DNA of 64,000 nt, taken from assembly GCA_030390025.1 (NCBI GenBank), contig CM059432.1, forward strand, positions 95,048,001 through 95,112,000, in the 5' to 3' direction. The position numbers were made by a program, and so were the translations under genes. Source of the stretch: Squalus acanthias. Lineage: Eukaryota. The notes beneath the pieces are model-generated. The model searched no databases and was not told where the DNA came from. It saw nothing but the letters and a program-made list of their open reading frames with translations. Shown piece by piece: positions 1 to 12,795 of the stretch; position 1 is the stretch's first letter; the number at the start of each line of letters is the position of its first letter.

Positions 1-643
1 AACAGAAATCAGTGTATTTAAACAATTAAAATGAATAATATGTTACTAACTTGATGTCTCACTAATCTGTGACTTTTCTTAGTCAGCCAGGTTTCCTGCT
101 CCTGATTAAACTTACAAAATAGCCTGTGTTGCCAGGTGGTGGATAAGAATAGGATCAGGCGTGGCTGTGATGCCTTCTATGGTTGAATAATGAGCTGATA
201 CTAACTGTCAAAACTTACACATGAAGAATAGCCACTTGGACAAGGTACTGGAGAGCAGAGGTGCCGGTATTCCAGCCTTATGAACCGTCCATCTGATGTG
301 GCACCCATTCTTAGTGGTTGCAATCACAGACACTGAGCTGTGTTTTCCCTCACAGCACCAAACTTCCATCATTTCACAAACCTGAGGTACTAGCCAGACA
401 AATTAAATTTGATTAGGTTTTAGTTATTAACAATAATACAAACAGAGGTGGTGTCTGTAGCAGATGGGGGAAAAACTCCACAATTCTTTTAAAAAGTTGT
501 TACTGATCTATTTTCTCATTAATATTTCCAGGGTCACTGTTTTGGGATCAGGGCCCAATCAGCCAGCCAATTATATTAAAAATAAAAACAGAAATGCTGG
601 AAATATTCAGCAGGTCAGGCAGCATCTGTGGAGAGAGAAACAG

Positions 644-680
644 AGTTAACATTTCAGGTCGATGACCTTTCGTCAGAACT
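644..680 (-). ncRNA. Minimal type I hammerhead ribozyme motif in Penelope pseudo-LTR
   Basis: Minus strand reads AGUU-CUGACGA-A-AGGUC-AUC-GACCU-GAAA-UGUU-AACU: core boxes, 5-bp stem II, 4-bp stem I. Stem III palindrome carries a C>T change. Confidence 0.6.
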
Positions 681-854
681 GGAAGAAGTTAGAGATTTAA
701 CAATTTATAAGCAAGTACAGAGCCAGGGAAAAGAGAGGGGGGAGGGGAGGAAAGAACAAACGGGAAGGATGTGATAGGGTGGAGGGCAGGAGAGATTAAA
801 TGATAAAAGGGATGATAGTGCAAGGCAAAAGAAGATGGTAATGGACATGCAAAG

Positions 855-1711
855 ATAGTGCCTTTCACAACCTCAGGGTGTCCCAAAGTACTTTTGTCAC
901 TGTTGAAATGTAGGAAACGCAGCAGCCAATTTGCACACAGCAAGCTCCCACAAACAGCAATGTGATAATGACCAGATAATCTGTTTTTGTGATGTTGATT
1001 GAGGGATAAATATTGGCCAGGACACCGGGGATAATTCCCCTGCTCTTCTTCGAAATAGTGCCATGGGATCATTTGCGTCCACCTGAGAGAGCAGATTAAG
1101 AAAATAAGAACATAAGAATTAGGAGGCCATATGCTCCCTCGAGCCTGCTCTGCCATTCAATAAGAGCATGGCTGATCTTCGATCTCAACTTTACTTTCCC
1201 GCCTGATCTCCATATCTCTTGATTCCCCTAGTCTAAAAATCTATCGATCTCAGCCTTGAATATACTCAACGACTCCACATCCACAGCCCTTTGGGGTAGA
1301 GAATTCCAAAGATTCACAACCCTCTGAGTGAAGAAATTCCTCTTCATCTCAGTCCTAAATGGCCGACCCCTTATCCTGAGACTATGCCCCCTAGTTCTAG
1401 ACTCTCCAGCCAGGAGAAACAATCTCTCAACATCTACCCAGTCAATCCCCCTCAGAATCTTATTATTTCACTGAGATCACCTCTCATTCTTCTGAACTCC
1501 AGAGCGTATAGGCCCAATCTTCTCATAGGACAACCCTCTCATCTCCGGAATCAATCTAGTTTAACATCTCATCTAAAAGACAACATATCCAACATTCTGC
1601 ACTGGAGTGTCAGCTTAGATTTTTGTGTTCAAGTCCCATGGAGTGGGATTTGAACCCACAACTTTCTACGTCAAAGGTGAGAGTGCTACCAACTGAGCCA
1701 CGGCTGACACT
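855..1711 (-). mobile_element. tRNA-derived Deu-domain SINE (SacSINE1-like), split by a CR1 fragment
   Basis: Pol III A box TGGCTCAGTTGG (1689-1700, minus) and B box GGTTCAAATCC (1646-1656, minus). Deu-like core and L2-like tail. Homologous copy at 51370-51782. Confidence 0.75.
1096..1558 (-). mobile_element. CR1 LINE 3' fragment
   Basis: ORF 1228-1422 (TRGHSLRIRGRPFRTEMKRNFFTQRVVNLWNSLP) is the CR1 ORF2 C-terminus; TAAGAACA-type tail at the left end. Confidence 0.9.
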
Positions 1712-2524
1712 GCTGGCTACTGCTAACAGCAGAATCATTACCAACAGCTGCTGTTCAAGAAAATGGTTATGATCTAAAGTTATTGAACTCAGTGTTGAGG
1801 CTGGAAGGCTGTAAAGTGCCTAATTGAAAATGAGGTGCTGTTCCTCGAGCTTCGGTTGAGCCAATTATATTATGTGACTGATTGGTACAACTTGGATTTA
1901 TAATTTTAAAAAATAAAACGATGCTAAATTGAAATTAATTTTGGTGCTGAAAAATACCACAGGGAGCAGTAGAAAACTATCATACTGTTATTCAGGTTTA
2001 AACTAATTTATTGCAAGAATAAAATATGCACAAAAGTAAAAAAAAATGGTGAGAAACTAGTGGTGCTAATATCTGTAAAAAAAACAATTTAAATGAGTCC
2101 ACAGGAATTTACTTCTGTACAGTGTGTTTCTTACACAGTCCAATCAACTGCAAGCCTTCCTGATATGATCTTTGTACAAAAGAGCAGTAATGTTCCTGTT
2201 TTCCACATGGGGCCCATTATTGCTATCAACACAACTGAACCTGAACTGAAGAATGGCTGTCAGCCTGCAGAATACATCCCAGCCAGAGAAGCCAGATCAA
2301 ATTAAATGTTTCATACTCCAAATGTTTATTTAAAGAAGTTCCTGCTTATTTCTCAATAGGCTTGAATAATTATTTCTAACACCTGAAAGGATGTGGCTGT
2401 GAATAGCAGCCCCTCTGCAATCTGGAGAGATGTTAAATAGGTCAGGTCTGAAACAAACCCTTTTGGACATTCTGTCAAGCATGACACCCCTTAATAGTGG
2501 TTGAAATCACAGATAGTGAGCTCT

Positions 2525-2706
2525 GAAATACAAACGGAAAATGCTGGAAATACTCAGGAGGTCCGGCAGCATCTGTGGAGAGAGAAACAGAGTTAACGTT
2601 TCAGGTCGATGACCTTTCATCAGAGATGCTGCCCGACCTGCTGAGTATTTCAAGCATTTTCTGTTTTTATTTCAGATTTCCAGCATCTGCAGTATTTTGC
2701 TTTTGT
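2525..2706. mobile_element. Palindromic Penelope pseudo-LTR mini-element
   Basis: Inverted pLTR plus direct pLTR with ~35-nt tail; 13-bp TSD GATAGTGAGCTCT at 2512-2524 and 2707-2719; hammerhead core on the minus strand at 2591-2623. Confidence 0.85.
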
Positions 2707-2798
2707 GATAGTGAGCTCTTTTTCTCTTCACCGTGGCAAACATCCACATATTATCATTTCACAAACCTGAAGAACTAGCCAGACAACTTAGAGTCATA

Positions 2799-3679
2799 GG
2801 GGGAGAAATTCAGTATCGCCCTGTTTGGGGCGCGATTATCGGCCGGGTGCAAAGTTTAGCGCCTGCCGATAATTATCACCTGCGACTGCAGACGTGGCTT
2901 TTATCGCCCCTGGAGGTGATTGGAGCGCTAAATCAGGCGCTGCACACCTGTCTTAAGGCGCAAAGGCCGAGGAACGAGGCGCTAACTCAGAGCGCTGGCG
3001 AAGCTCATGTGATGTCAGTCAGCGATGGAACACAGACACAGTGTCGCCAGCCAGTTCTTAAAGGGGATTGGGTCGATCTTGCTCTCCATCCACACCCTGC
3101 TCATTGCAGCCTTGAATCTAGGCCTGGAGAGACCTGTACATCAAATCTGTTGGAAAGAACAATGGAGAGGCCCAGGAAAGAGCTCAGAGTGCAGCCCCCA
3201 CAGTCTCTCCTAAATCGATGCAAGGAAGATCAAATAAAAAAGAACCTGCAAAGTGCTGCTCAATACCCAAAACTCCTCAACACAGCTTTGAATATCTCCT
3301 GCAGTCTCTCTCTCTCACTCAGAATGCGTGGTGAAAAATTTTCGCTGATAAAAAAAGGCAGGAAGCGGTCGCCTTTAAATAGTGCTCCCCCAGTCCCTTC
3401 CTGACTGCAAAACGCTCCCCTCAACCTGTTGTTGCTAGCGGCAGGCGGTAAGACATGGGGCGCCACTCAATATCTGGTTCTGGGCGTTGCACGCTCGACT
3501 GACGTCATGATCTGTGGGCGCAGGAGATCGTGGCGGTAGTGTTTAGCGCCGCCGCAAAATGTCTAGTCAATTTCATGAGCGGCGCAAACATCGCCGCGCA
3601 TGGGCGCTAGTTGCTTTGCGCCACATTAGCGCCCTCTTAAGGCACTAATGGGAGGCACAACCAACTGAATTTTTCCCCC
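2799..3679. mobile_element. Non-autonomous PIF/Harbinger element inserted in a CR1 tail
   Basis: TIRs GGGGGAGAAATTCAG / CTGAATTTTTCCCCC; 3-bp TSD ATA (2796-2798, 3680-3682); splits the (TAGAGTCA)n tail of the adjacent CR1. Confidence 0.75.
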
Positions 3680-6600
3680 ATAGAGTCATAACGGCACAGA
3701 AGGAAGTCATTCGGCCCATCGAGTCCATGCCGGCTCTCTGTAGAGCAATCTAGTCGGTCCCATTCCCCCGCTCTATCCCCGTAGCCCTGCAAGTTTATTT
3801 CCCTCAAGCGCCTATCCAGTCTCCCCTTGAAAACATTGAGCGTCTCCGCTTCCACCACTTCCGTCGGCAGCGAATTCCAGGTCCTCGCCACCCGCTACGT
3901 AAAAAAAGTTTTTCCTCACAACCCCCCGGTATCTCTTGCCCTAAACCTTAAATCTGTGTCCCCTAGTCCTTGTACATCAACTAGTGGGAACAGCCTTTCC
4001 CCGGCTAGCCTATCCAAACCCTTCATAATCTTGTACACCTCTATCAAATCACCCCACAACCTCCTTTGCTCTAATGAAAACAAATCCAGCTTCTCCAACC
4101 TGTCCTTGTAGCTAAGATCCCCCATCCCCGGAACCATTCTGGTAAATCTCCCCTGCACCCTCTCAAGGGCCTTCACATCCTTCCTAAAGTGTGGTGACCA
4201 GAACTGGATGCAATACTCCAATTGTGGCCTAACCAGCACTTTATAAAGATTCAGCATAACTTCTCTACTTTTGTACTCAATACCCCTATTTATGAAGCCC
4301 AAGATCCCATATGCTTTGCTAACCACACTCTCAATATGTCCTGCCACCTTCAGGGACCTATGCACATTAACTCCCAGATCCCTCTGTCCCTGCACACTCT
4401 TTAAAACTGTGCCATTAAGTGTATATTGCCTCTCCCTGTTCCTTCTGCCAAAATGCATCACCTCACACTTCTCTGTATTAAATTCCATCTGCCACTTGTC
4501 TGCCCATTCTGCTAGCCTTTCTATGTCCTGTTGCAGTCGATTGATATCATCATCACTGTTTGCCACACCCCCAAGTTTGGTGTCATCGGCAAATTTAGAA
4601 ATTCTACTCTGTATTTCAATATCCAGGTCATTTATATATATCAAAAAAGCAATGGCCCCAGCACTGACCCTTGGGGAACACCACTGTCTACCATCCTCCA
4701 GTCTGAAAAACAGCCATTTACCACAACTCGTTGTTTTCTGTCCTTAAGCCAATTCCTTATCCAAGCTGCCACTGACCCACCTATTCCATGAGCCTCAATT
4801 TTGTTAACCAGCCTTCTATGTGGTACTTTGTCAAACGTCTTCCAAAAATCCATGTAGACAACATCCATTGCATTCCCTTCATCGATCCTCTCTGTTACTT
4901 CATCAAAAATTCAATTAGATTAGTCAAACACGATCTGCCTTTTACAAATCCGTGTTGACTCTCCTTAATTAGCTTAAACCTCTCCAAGTGCCCGTTAATT
5001 TTTCCTTGATTATTGTTTCTAAGACTTTACCCACCACTGATGTTAAACTGACCGGCCTGTAGTTACTAGGATTGTCCTTACAGCCTTTCTTGAACAATGG
5101 TGTCACATTTGCCACTTTCCAATCCTCAGGCACCTCTCCCGCATCTAGGGAAGATTAGAAAATTATGGCAAGCCCTTCCGTTATCTCTTCCCCCAACTCC
5201 CTTAGCAATCTGGGATGCAAGCCACCTGGACCAGACGACTTGTCTTTCCTAAGCATACCCAGCCTTTCTAGTACAACCTGTCTATCAAGTTTCACCCCTT
5301 CCATTGCTTCTACCCTTTCCACTTCTACCGATATTTTGTCAGCATCCATCTCCTTAGTAAACACCAATACAAAATACTCATTGAGAATTCTAGCCTTGCC
5401 CTGCACCTCTAAGCATATATCACCTTCTTTGTCTCTAATCGGCCCCACCCCGTCTCTTACTACCCGTTTACTGTTTACATGCCGGTAGAAGATTTTTGGG
5501 TTCCCTTTTATGTTAACCGCCATTCTATTCTCATATTCTCTCTTTGCCAATCTTATTTTCATCTTCACTTCCCCTCTCAACTTAATGTATTTGGTCTGGT
5601 TCTCCCTTGAAGAATTCACCTGACATGCATCATACACCCTCTTGTTTGTTTCATCATCTTCTCTATCTCCCTCGTCATCCAAGGAACCCTTGCTTTGGTT
5701 CCCTTACCCTTCCCTCTTGTTGGAATGTACCTAGCCTGTACTTGGAACATCTCCTCCTTAAAGATCATCCATTGTTCCGTTACAGTTTTTCCTGTCAGTC
5801 TTTGGTTCCATTTTACGCTGGCTGGATCCTTTTGCATCCCATTGAAGTTAGCCCATATTCCAGTTTAGAAATTCCACTCTAGATTGTTCCTTGCTCTTCT
5901 CCATTGCTAATCTAAATCTTATGATACGATGATCACTCGTAACCAAGTGTTCTCCAACAGACACTTGGTCGACCTGGCCCACCTCATTCCCCAGCACCAG
6001 ATTCAGCAATGCCTCCTTCCTAGTTGGGCCAAGAACATATTGGTCAAGGAAATTCTCCTGAACACATTTCAGAAATTCCTCCCCCTCCTTTCCCTTTACC
6101 CTAGCATTATCCCAATCGATATTTGGGTAATTAAAGTCCCCCAATATCACCACTCTATAGCTCTTGCATATCTCTGTGATTTCCCTGCAGATTTGCTCCT
6201 CTACCTCCCTCTCACTATTTGGAGACCCCCAATAGCGTAATCATACCCTTTTTGCTCCTCAACTCTAACCAAATGTATTCTGTCCTTGTTCTCTCAAGAA
6301 CATCCTCCCTTTCCAACACTACAATGTCTTCCTTAATCAGCAAGCCACCCCACCTCCCTTTTTTCCTTCCCGATCTTTTATGAACACATTGTACCTTAGA
6401 ATATTAAGTGCCCAGTCCTCACTGTTTTTAAGCCACGTTTCTGTTATTGCCACAACATCATATTGTCAAACGGCTAATTGTGCTTGTAGCTCACCAACCT
6501 TATTCACCACACTTTGTGCGTTTAATTACGTGCATTCTAAACCCATTTTTGAATTTTTCGTAGTCTTTCTTAGTCTGCTCCTATCTAATATGCTACTACT

Positions 6601-7105
6601 TCCGCCTCTAGTACTATTTTCTTCTCTAGTACTATCCAACACACTCACGCTCTTATGCACCTTATTCCTCTTTTCTACTCCTATATGCTGGTGCCCATCT
6701 CCCTGCCAAGCTGAGATTAAACCCTCCCCAACAGCACTAGCAAACCTCCCCGTGAGAATATTGGTCCCGGCTCTGTTGAGGTGTAACCTGTCCGGCTTGT
6801 ACAGGTCCCACCTTCCCCAGAAACGGTTCCAATGCCTCAGGAATCTAAAGCCCTCCCTCCTGCACCATCTCTCCAGCCACGCATTCATCTGTTCTATCCT
6901 CCTATTCCTGTACTCACTAGCACGTGGCACCGGGAGTAATCCAGAGATTACTACCTTTGAGGTCCTGCTTTTTAATCTCTCTCCTAGCTCCCTAAACTCT
7001 GCCTGCTGGACCTCATCCCTCTTTCTGCCTATGTTGTTGGGACAACGACCTCTGGCTGTTTACCCTCCCCCCTCAGAGTGTCCTGCAGCCGCTCAGTGAC
7101 ATCTT
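3680..7105 (-). mobile_element. CR1 LINE, 5'-truncated in ORF1, frameshifted ORF2
   Basis: RT fragments ([21 protein letters not shown]), APE fragment (GDFNYPNIDW, SDH), ORF1 esterase C-terminus (DRLHLN). Tail extends to ~2789 beyond the MITE. Confidence 0.95.
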
Positions 7106-7359
7106 CAACCTAATTAAGTTTTGTTTATAGGTAATAATAGCCTGACAGTATTGTGTACTGCTTAAATTCAACCCTCAAGACAAAAAGTTCCTTTCAGAGT
7201 TCAATTTAAAATTTGCAATCCTTGGCCTAGCTAAAAATTCATATAAAAAAATAAAGAATTTTACAGTTTAATGCTATGCTTAAATCGCAGGTGAGATGTG
7301 CATGATTCCTTCATATTAAAATTTTGATCTCTGTTTCCCGTCAGGAGGAGGTGCTAAGA

Positions 7360-7640
7360 AGATGCCAAATGGTGATTGACAGGAAGAGTAACTGCATTCG
7401 GGCAGCCTGGGAGCTAGGGTTAAGCACGGTCAAATTTCTACTGAGGCAAACATGGTGGAGGCAGATTCAATTGTGGCTTTCAAAATGGAATTGGCTAAGT
7501 ACCTGAAGGAAAAAAATTTGCAGGGCTACAGGGAAAGGGTGGGGGAGTGGGACTAGCTGAAGTGCTCTTGCAGAGAGCCGGCATGGGCTCGACGGGCCGA
7601 ACGGCCTCCTTCTGTGCTGTAACCATTCTATGATTCTATG
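7360..7640 (+). mobile_element. CR1 LINE 3' fragment
   Basis: CR1-like 3' UTR (gacgggccgaacggcctccttctgtgctgtaa) ending in (ATTCTATG)2. Confidence 0.75.
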
Positions 7641-9829
7641 GTTGCTCAGAGTTCATTTGACATTTTACTATTACGCTGCATAATTTAGCAAGTTGCTTTT
7701 ATCATTCTAATCTTTATTGTACCCACATAATAATATTTTGCATTCTGCTTTTCTGTTATGAACTTGCGGACCTTCAATGCTCTCTATGTACCTGGATGAC
7801 AGATTCACTTTTGATTCCAATGTCTTTATACCTGCTGCATCCAAAAACTACCCCATTTACAACTTTGTGGGAAAATGCTGTCACCTCCCTAACTCATTTG
7901 TTGCTTCCTGTGGCCATTTCATATTCCTGCCCAGTGAGGTTTTTCCCATTGCTTTTGCCTGAAGAAATCTATGAAGTTTAAAAAAAAATGAATGAAAAAA
8001 TAGTGTGCATTCAGAGTATTCTACACGTGTATGCAGCCAAGTAAGGGTTATTACTCGTATGCAGTTACTATTGGTTTATAATGTTTTTATTTTGATTTCA
8101 AGCGTCAGTTACACAGTGACCAGTGTATATGGGGGGGCGGGGGGGGAGGAATAGAAGGGATCATATGCATGGTGATGAAAAGACCATCAGAGGGAGGCTA
8201 CCGCAGCCGTGTCTTGGTTTGTGGAATTGAGGGTACAAAGCAGCAAAAAACATTTTAAATTTGTATCCTATTTTCAAAACATTTTTCTCCAGGTCTGCCT
8301 GACTTTACAGTCACCGGCAGTATAACAGAAGCACAAGATATTTCACCATTTTCATAACCTAGTTCGATCTATAGCCTTATAGCAGTTGGCAACTGCTGTA
8401 GGAAATACTGCAGAGTTTAATAAAACTTTATTACCAGATGCTTAATTAACTAATAGTTTATCTTCTGTTGGCAAGGTGTGGGTTTCAGAGTTTGCACAAC
8501 TTAATGGGCATAATGGATATACGTCTTCACGCTTATCATTGTTACTTCATTTAAATATTAATGAGTAGGATTGTACACCTAAATGAACCTAATGACAGGT
8601 GCTGAAAATATTTTTTCATGGGGAGGGTGGGGGGGAAGAACAGCAGGGCGAGTTTGACACCCTTTCGTTTCTTAACACAGGATCCAATCCTTATACATTT
8701 GTACTTCTTTCACAATAATGACTAAACTTGGGGGACGGGAAGCTATTGAGTGCATAAAATGTCTTTCAAAAGGTTAAAGCAGGTTGCATAGATTTTAATG
8801 CTGACAATGCATTTTTCCTGAACAGTATTTTTAGCTTATTGTTTCCCTCAGTTTTATAAATGAGAATGTGGAACATAATATAATTTAAAAAAAAATAAAA
8901 GGTATATGCACCATAATAGAATATAAAGGACATGAGTAAAGTCAATGCAGTAAGTGCAAACTTAAATATAAAACATTCTTATCAGTGCTGTTTTATTTTC
9001 TTATTTTTAGAAAAGCAGCTTTACTGACCCTTCCATAGTTTTATACCCACAGCACTCAGGTATTTGTAGAACGACTATTGATTTGGGTACAACCCCATGG
9101 CTATAAAATTTGATAAATGTGTTACTTATTAACTTTTCTGGAGGTCATTTGTTTGTCTCTCACAGGTTATGTTAAAAGCTCCCACAAATCCTTAAATCAG
9201 CATTATTGATTTTTTTTTGTTGAAACTCTAATGATGATGTGTTAACTTTAAAGCGGGCACGCCAAGGTTAATAGTTCATTTATGCATTGCATTCTGGGAA
9301 TGTAAAGATTTAAGCTCTTTTTGTGTTTAAGGGAAATGTATTTCTTTGCTTTCAAAGGCAAAAATGTGATTGTATAAGTTAATTCTGGCTGCTGTCATAA
9401 TGTTCAATTAGCTTTTTGTGTAAATATGTTTTCACCATCATTTTTTCAGAATTATGACTTGGAGCCAAGTAGAATAGGCCTTCATGGGTGTGGCTATTCT
9501 TGTGCCCTGTTCTTGCACGTGATTTGTTAAGTGTTAACACAAAATGTCAGAGCAATGGCACAGTCCACAAACAAAGCATGTTCAACACAGTGACCTATCA
9601 CAGTATTAGATTTCATTTTCAGCCTGATAGCCATCAAAAAACTGTCTATCTTGGCTGTCTAAGAATAGAATAGTTAATGACCTGTTCTCTTAAAGTATAA
9701 TAAAAAACACAATGAAGAGATGAAGAAAAACTTTATTGAAACAGGAACAAATAATAAAACATTTTTATTAAAGTGTTATGGAAATGGGAACAAACAATAA
9801 AAACGGAAACTGAATTTCAATGGTGCTAT

Positions 9830-9905
9830 GAAATAAAAACAGAAAATTTTGGAAATACACAGGTCAGTCAGCATCTGTAACGAGAAAAGACAGGTTAACC
9901 TTTAA
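9830..9905 (-). mobile_element. Degenerate Penelope pseudo-LTR fragment
   Basis: aaataaaaacagaaaatt...cagcatctgt...gttaacc resembles the pLTR at 579-680. Confidence 0.55.
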
Positions 9906-10009
9906 GATGCAGAAACGAAAACTTAAATAATGAGCAAACATTTTAGTAAGGCTAGAGTAATAGGAAAATGGCAAGAGGATAGAAACAGTAGATACTCAGT
10001 GAGGGAGCT

Positions 10010-10069
10010 AATCATAGAATCATAGAATAGTACAGCACAGAAGGAGGCCATTTGGCCCATCGAGTCTGC
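10010..10069 (-). mobile_element. CR1 3' tail stub
   Basis: (ATCATAGA)n followed by acagcacagaaggaggccatttggcccatcgagtc. Confidence 0.7.
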
Positions 10070-11350
10070 GACGTGGCAGAGGCAGCTGAATGGATGGTCT
10101 CAATCTTAGTGACAAAGAAATCCATGAGCTCCTCGCACTTGTGGTTGGAGGTGAGGGTGGAGCAGGTAAGGGAGAGGGGTTTAAAAAGACGGTTTGTAGT
10201 GGAGAAGATAAGCCAGGAGTTATCTTTGCATTCCAGGATGATACTGGTATAGAGTAGTTTTGGCAGAGGAGAGCAGGATCCTATAGTGCTTTATGTGGTC
10301 CAACCAGATCAGGCGATGAATAGTTAAACCAGTTGTCCGCCATAAACGTTCAAGTCTGCGTCCCTTGAATTTAAGGGAGCGGCGATGAGGGCCGTACCGG
10401 GGGAATGAGCAAGGTGAGAGAGAGTAATGGTTTTAAAGGGGTCTAGGGTATCAAAGGTGGAGGTGAAGGTGTGTTTGAGAAGATCGGTACCAGCAGAAAC
10501 GTTGTGGTGAATGGAGGGCCAAAGACTAGAGTTTTGAGATTTTGAAAGTGTAGTTGTAAGTGACTTGGGGGAGAGTTTTTTTCCCGAGGCAGACACAGAA
10601 GGAAAGGGGGTTGGAGGGGGGGGAAGGTGGATGTGGGTTGAGAAGGATATAAGGAAGTGCTCAGAGAAGGCCTTATCTGTGATTGACATGATTGGAGTAG
10701 CTAGGCCACGTGAGATGGCAAGGTCGAGGGGTTGGCCATGAATATGGATAGGGGAGTTTATATGGATGGAGATTTTAAGGGAGGATAGGAGGGCAGTGAA
10801 CTCAGAGGAGAGAGAGCACAATGAGTTGAGATGGAGGTTGAAATCACTGAAGATGAGAAGTCACCAGTGCAGAGGCTGAGGGAGGAAAGCAGTGAAGATA
10901 TCTGGGTGAGAAACTTGGCATGGTAGTTGGGTGGGCGGTAGGGAACGAGGATTTTAAATGAGAGTCGAGAGGGGTGGAACAAGGTGAGATGCTCAAAGGA
11001 GGAGAAGGTGAAAGAGGAGTAGGGGGACAGACCAAGGTGTGATTTGATGATAAGAGCCACACCACCACCGTGGTGGTTTGGGTAGGGCAAGTGGTGGAAG
11101 GTGTTGCCAGGAAGAGAGGCATCATTAAGGGGGAAGGTGTCTTCACCCCTCAGCCAGGTTTCCATCAAGGCCATGATGTCAATGCAATCATCCACAATAA
11201 GCTTATGGAAGGCAAGGGCCTTGTTCACAAGTGAACGGACATTCTGGAGGGAGATGTGGAGAGGGGTGGTAATTGTTGATCCGCTGCCAGAGTCCACAGG
11301 GTCAGTGCTGGGAGGGGTGAATGGGACGGAAGAAGGTTGGTAACATTTGT
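10070..11350 (-). mobile_element. L2-clade LINE ORF2 endonuclease fragment
   Basis: ORF 10758-11618 contains LQNVRSLVNK, ETWL, GGGVAL and YRPP; a downstream frame has LDLAISRG. Frameshifted. Confidence 0.8.
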
Positions 11351-11611
11351 GCCCAATGAGTGTGCTGTGCGGGAAGGTCAGCGAGAGAGTAGGATGGAGC
11401 AGTTGGGATTGCTGGTCATAAGGAGGAAGAGGCCAGAGAGGGGACCTGAGTAGGGTTGAAATTATAGAGGTAATTTCATGATCTTCTGTGCCCTTGCAGA
11501 GACCATGGGACAGAGATAGGGCTACAATGCAGAAACTCTGATTCTCTGACCCACATTCTCTTTGTGTATGGCTCCCAGCTAGTGAACATTGTGTTGTGCA
11601 ATTATCCCTAA

Positions 11612-11940
11612 AGAGCATTCCACATATCCTACAAAAAGACAGACATAACTGGGGCTCATGCAGATTCCCATAGGAACACCTATTGTTTGGAGGAAGTGAG
11701 TGGAGTCCAAAGAGAAGTTGCTCAAGGTGAGAGCAAGTTCAGCTGGGTGTAGGAGGGTAAAAAGGATATGATAAGGGCACCAGAATCTGAAATTGTTAAA
11801 GTGGCAAAGGGCATCAGCGGAGTCACAGATATAGGTCGGTAGAAACTGAACAATGGGGCAAAAGATAGTCAAGATAAGAGCACATTAGTTTGGTAGGACA
11901 GGAGTAAGCTAAAACAGTTGGTCTCCTGGTACTATCTCAG
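11612..11940 (-). mobile_element. Penelope-like reverse transcriptase fragment
   Basis: ORF 11579-11872: PTYICDS...LTLSNFSLDSTHFLQTIGVPMGICMSPSYVCLFVGYVE, the Penelope QxxGxxMG RT motif. Confidence 0.8.
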
Positions 11941-12079
11941 TTTAATGATGGGTATCTCAGTTAGCTATGGCCTAAGGAATTGGAGGGGAGGGTGAAGAAA
12001 TTGTGGGACAATTTCACATTCATAAATCCTATTTGGCTTTGACTATTTATCTCAAAAGTTATCAATAAAATCCACAAAT

Positions 12080-12790
12080 GTTCCCATAATTTAACCCCTG
12101 GTATCATGCTGGTGAATCTGTGCTGCACCCCCTCTAAAGCCAATATATCTTTCTTGAAGGTCAGTGCCCAAAACTGAGCACCATACTCCAGATGGGATCT
12201 GACCAAGGCTCTGTACAACTGAAACATCACTTCCTCACTTGAATTCCAAACCCCTTGAGACAAAGGTCAACATTCCATTAACCTTTTTGCTTACTTTTTC
12301 TAGCTGTGCAGTAGCATTTAGTGATTTGTGTACCTGGACACACAGATCCCTTTGCCCCGACACGGCAGCTAGTCTCTAACTATTAAGAAAATACTCCGAT
12401 TTGTCTTTCTTGGATCCAAAGTGGATGACCTCACATTGAACTCCATCTGCCATAGTTATGCCCACTCACTTAATCTGTCTATGTCCCTTTGTAACTTCCT
12501 GCTCCCATCCACACAACTTACTGTGCTTCCTAACTTAGTACAACTCTCTATTCCTTCATCCAAGTCATTAATATATATGGTGAAAAACTGAGGCCCCAGT
12601 ACAGATCCCTGAGGAATACCACTTGTCACATTCGGACAATCAGAGAACATTTCTTTTACCTCTACTCTCTATCTCCTACCTCCCAACTAATTACCAACCC
12701 ACGTCACAAGGTTACTTCTAATTCCATGCACTTTCATTTTTGGTATTAATCTCTTGTGTGGAATCTTATCAAATGCCTTCTATAAATTGA
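12080..12790 (-). mobile_element. Degenerate CR1 RT fragment
   Basis: [22 protein letters not shown] and LYRALVRSHLEY motifs. Confidence 0.85.
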
Positions 12791-12795
12791 GATGG

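Larger units (their letters stand above)
579..1858 (-). mobile_element. 5'-truncated Penelope-like retroelement (GIY-YIG C-terminus, 3' UTR, pseudo-LTR), interrupted by a SINE and a CR1
   Basis: 14-bp TSD AGCCAATTATATTA at 565-578 and 1859-1872. Minus strand 1770-1858 encodes KLEEQHLIF..., matching the Penelope endonuclease C-terminus. Pyrimidine-rich 3' UTR (680-855) and pseudo-LTR (579-680). Confidence 0.8.

Noticed and set aside
312..405. H/ACA snoRNA in the duplicated unit (ends in ACA)
   Set aside because: No H box or two-hairpin structure shared by both copies.
1640..1711. tRNA gene
   Set aside because: The A/B boxes belong to a SINE head continuous with the SINE body; no convincing cloverleaf.
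2575..2778. Recurrent small ORF MERETELTFQVDD... (also at 59635 and 62365)
   Set aside because: Translation of the repeated pseudo-LTR from a GTG; no evidence of coding function.
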